Shown: piece by piece, positions 62,266-64,000 of the stretch | Layout of the letters: each line of letters opens with the position of its first letter | How positions within the stretch are numbered: position 1 is the stretch's first letter | From: a virus | Taxonomy: Duplodnaviria; Caudoviricetes | Direction: 5' to 3' (one strand) | Length of the DNA stretch: 64,000 nt | IMG/VR virus record: IMGVR_UViG_3300033075_001504 | Location: 12,001 to 76,000 of that record | Notes under the pieces: model-generated | Database searches by the model: none | What the model was told of the DNA's origin: nothing | What the model saw: only the letters and a program-made list of their open reading frames with translations | Position numbers and translations under genes: made by a program

Positions 62266-63999
62266 TCATCCCTCGAAGATCGGGCCGCGGCGGGCGAAGT
62301 CCTCCGGGGTCTGCGGGACCCACGGCGGCAGGACGGGCTCGAGGTGGAAGACCCGGACCGACTTGAACTCGTCGTTGAGGGTGAGGTCGCGGTCGGAGAT
62401 CTCCTCGCGCAGGTGGGCGCGCTGGTTGGAGTCCAGGTTGTGGATCTCGACCTTGGTCACCTGGTACTGGCCCTCCAGGATCCCGGGCTGCGGGCCGAAG
62501 TGGCCGTGGAAGACGAACAGGTCCGGCTCGACCGCGGTGGCGACGTAGTCCATGAGCATCGAGGCGGCGAAGTACTGCGACTCGTGCCCGCTCATGACGT
62601 CGGTGAGGACCTCCTCCACGGCGTTGGACCAGCCCTTGGTCTCGCCGTAGGGCTTGAGCATCTCGGAGTCGAGCTCGTCGAAGATGTAGACCCTCTTGGT
62701 CTCCGGGGTGGCCGTGGACCAGTCCAGCGGGATGGTGGCTCCGCCCGCCCGTGCCACCATCGCCACCCGCTCGATGTCGTCGTTGCTCAGGAACTCCAGC
62801 GCCGGATCGTTGAACGCGTTGCGCGGCCCGGTGCCGTAGGCCGAGCGGTGGCTGCGCTCGGAGAGCAGCGAGGAAGCGCTCTCCGCGACGTACTCGTGGA
62901 GCTGGTCGAACTCGCCGTTGGCCATCTTGGAGTGCTGGTCGTTCTTGAAGGCGTTCCAGTTGGCCATCTCGCCGATCCAGGACAGCCCGCTCTGCCCCTC
63001 GTCGTCCACCTGGCCCTGGAGCGCGGGCGGGGCCCAGCCACCGTCCGGGGTGGCCGCGCCCAGCGCGGTGGCGTCGATGTCGACCACCGAGCCCACCTGG
63101 AGGTTGATCAGCGGGTGCTGCTCGGGGATGTCCCAGTTCATCGCGCCGAGCCGGTCACGGCCCTGCTGGGTGGCCAGATGGTTGACCACGGCCTGGAAGT
63201 ACTCCCCGCCGTTGAGCACCACGGTGTCCTCGAACTCCGCGGTCGGGGACTCGAAGGCGACGTCCTTCTCCTCCTCGACCTTGGTGGGACGGCCCTTCTC
63301 GTCGGGCAGCCAGTAGATCTCGGTGATCCGGCGCGTCTTGCTCTTGGCCCGGACCATCGCGCCGAACGGGGTGTCCTTGGTCATCGTCCGGCTCATCGGC
63401 GTGCGCGTCATGGTGGTCTCGCGCTGCATGGCAGGCGTGCGGGTCATCATGGTCTCGCGGGCCATGGTGGACTGCCGGGTCATCCCACTGCGGCGCATCG
63501 TCGTGCTCTCCCGCTGCATGGGGGCGTCGTAGCGCTCGGCTGCCTCGCGCAGCATCTCCGCGATCTGCGCAGCCTCGGCGGCCTGCGCCGGGTCGGCAGT
63601 ACGTACCCGCTGCTCGGTGCGGGAGAACTGGCCCTCGCGGTCGCGCTTGACCTTCGTCTCGTCCCAGGCCTTGCTCAGCACGGCGTAGGTGAGCTCGACC
63701 CGGCACCGGCAGTTGGGGTGCACGCCCGGGCAGACCAGCCGGTACTCGCCGGTCTCGAACATCGCGTCCAGCGGCACGACGACGTTGTGCAGCGGCCCGC
63801 AGACCGGGCAGACCAGCTCGTCGTCCGCGGTCACCCAGCGCTTCTGCGCGTCGGGCGGGATGAGCCCGGTGGCGGCCTGGTACTGCCAGGTCAGCGCCCG
63901 GCCGAGCTGGGAGACGTGGTAGGACTCGTTGCCCGCGATGGACTTGGCCCGCATGTTGAGCAGCTTGGCCAGCAGCATGGTCGAGGCGTCGGGTAGGTC
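62266..63999 (-). CDS. MuF (Phage_Mu_F) minor head protein with C-terminal extension (5'-partial)
   Basis: KRWVTADDELVCPVC..HPNCRC; frame open upstream of the listed ATG to the window edge (DLPDASTM). Confidence 0.85.
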   Translation of the reverse strand, partial: DLPDASTMLLAKLLNMRAKSIAGNESYHVSQLGRALTWQYQAATGLIPPDAQKRWVTADDELVCPVCGPLHNVVVPLDAMFETGEYRLVCPGVHPNCRCRVELTYAVLSKAWDETKVKRDREGQFSRTEQRVRTADPAQAAEAAQIAEMLREAAERYDAPMQRESTTMRRSGMTRQSTMARETMMTRTPAMQRETTMTRTPMSRTMTKDTPFGAMVRAKSKTRRITEIYWLPDEKGRPTKVEEEKDVAFESPTAEFEDTVVLNGGEYFQAVVNHLATQQGRDRLGAMNWDIPEQHPLINLQVGSVVDIDATALGAATPDGGWAPPALQGQVDDEGQSGLSWIGEMANWNAFKNDQHSKMANGEFDQLHEYVAESASSLLSERSHRSAYGTGPRNAFNDPALEFLSNDDIERVAMVARAGGATIPLDWSTATPETKRVYIFDELDSEMLKPYGETKGWSNAVEEVLTDVMSGHESQYFAASMLMDYVATAVEPDLFVFHGHFGPQPGILEGQYQVTKVEIHNLDSNQRAHLREEISDRDLTLNDEFKSVRVFHLEPVLPPWVPQTPEDFARRGPIFEG

Positions 64000-64000
64000 C

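Noticed and set aside
1-64000. Prophage/lysogeny module, IS elements, introns or inteins
   Set aside because: No integrase, transposase, att-like repeats or host genes seen; DnaE and DnaB motifs are contiguous

Overview
About 64 kb of a high-GC tailed dsDNA phage genome (long tape measure, siphovirus-like). The host is almost certainly actinobacterial: WhiB, a LAxTG sortase signal, SigA-type promoters, DUF4192- and DUF6093-like genes. No integrase or repressor module is visible. There are three transcription blocks. (i) Minus strand ~22 kb to 1: DnaB helicase, primase, SSB, DnaE, Cas4-like exonuclease, RuvC, WhiB, TerS-like gene, then the minor-tail genes. (ii) Plus strand 22.4-37.9 kb: small early/accessory genes. 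(iii) Minus strand 64 kb to 38 kb: MuF head protein, XkdF-type protease, basic internal head proteins, scaffold, major capsid, fibres, head-tail connectors, tail tube, frameshifted chaperones, tape measure. Most ORFs in the supplied track are GC-rich shadow ORFs, and many true starts lie downstream of the listed ones. The standout system is at 33.9-36.8 kb: four in-register arrays of 151 G(G)Y-NN pentamers (invariant-ish triplet plus variable dinucleotide), ending directly upstream of a stand-alone Cas7/RAMP-like gene with no other cas genes. This looks like an RNA-guided, gapped-code (VIPR-type) system. Other highlights: a ~290-nt structured ncRNA with its own promoter and terminator inside the tail operon; an Acb2/Tad1-like sponge gene with an in-frame amber codon, missed by the ORF track; capsid-internal polyproteins sharing an FGV[ED]H..I[SA]K motif, one carrying an ADP-ribosyltransferase-like module; a shared 16-bp palindrome abutting two replication promoters; and a truncated tRNA-like element.
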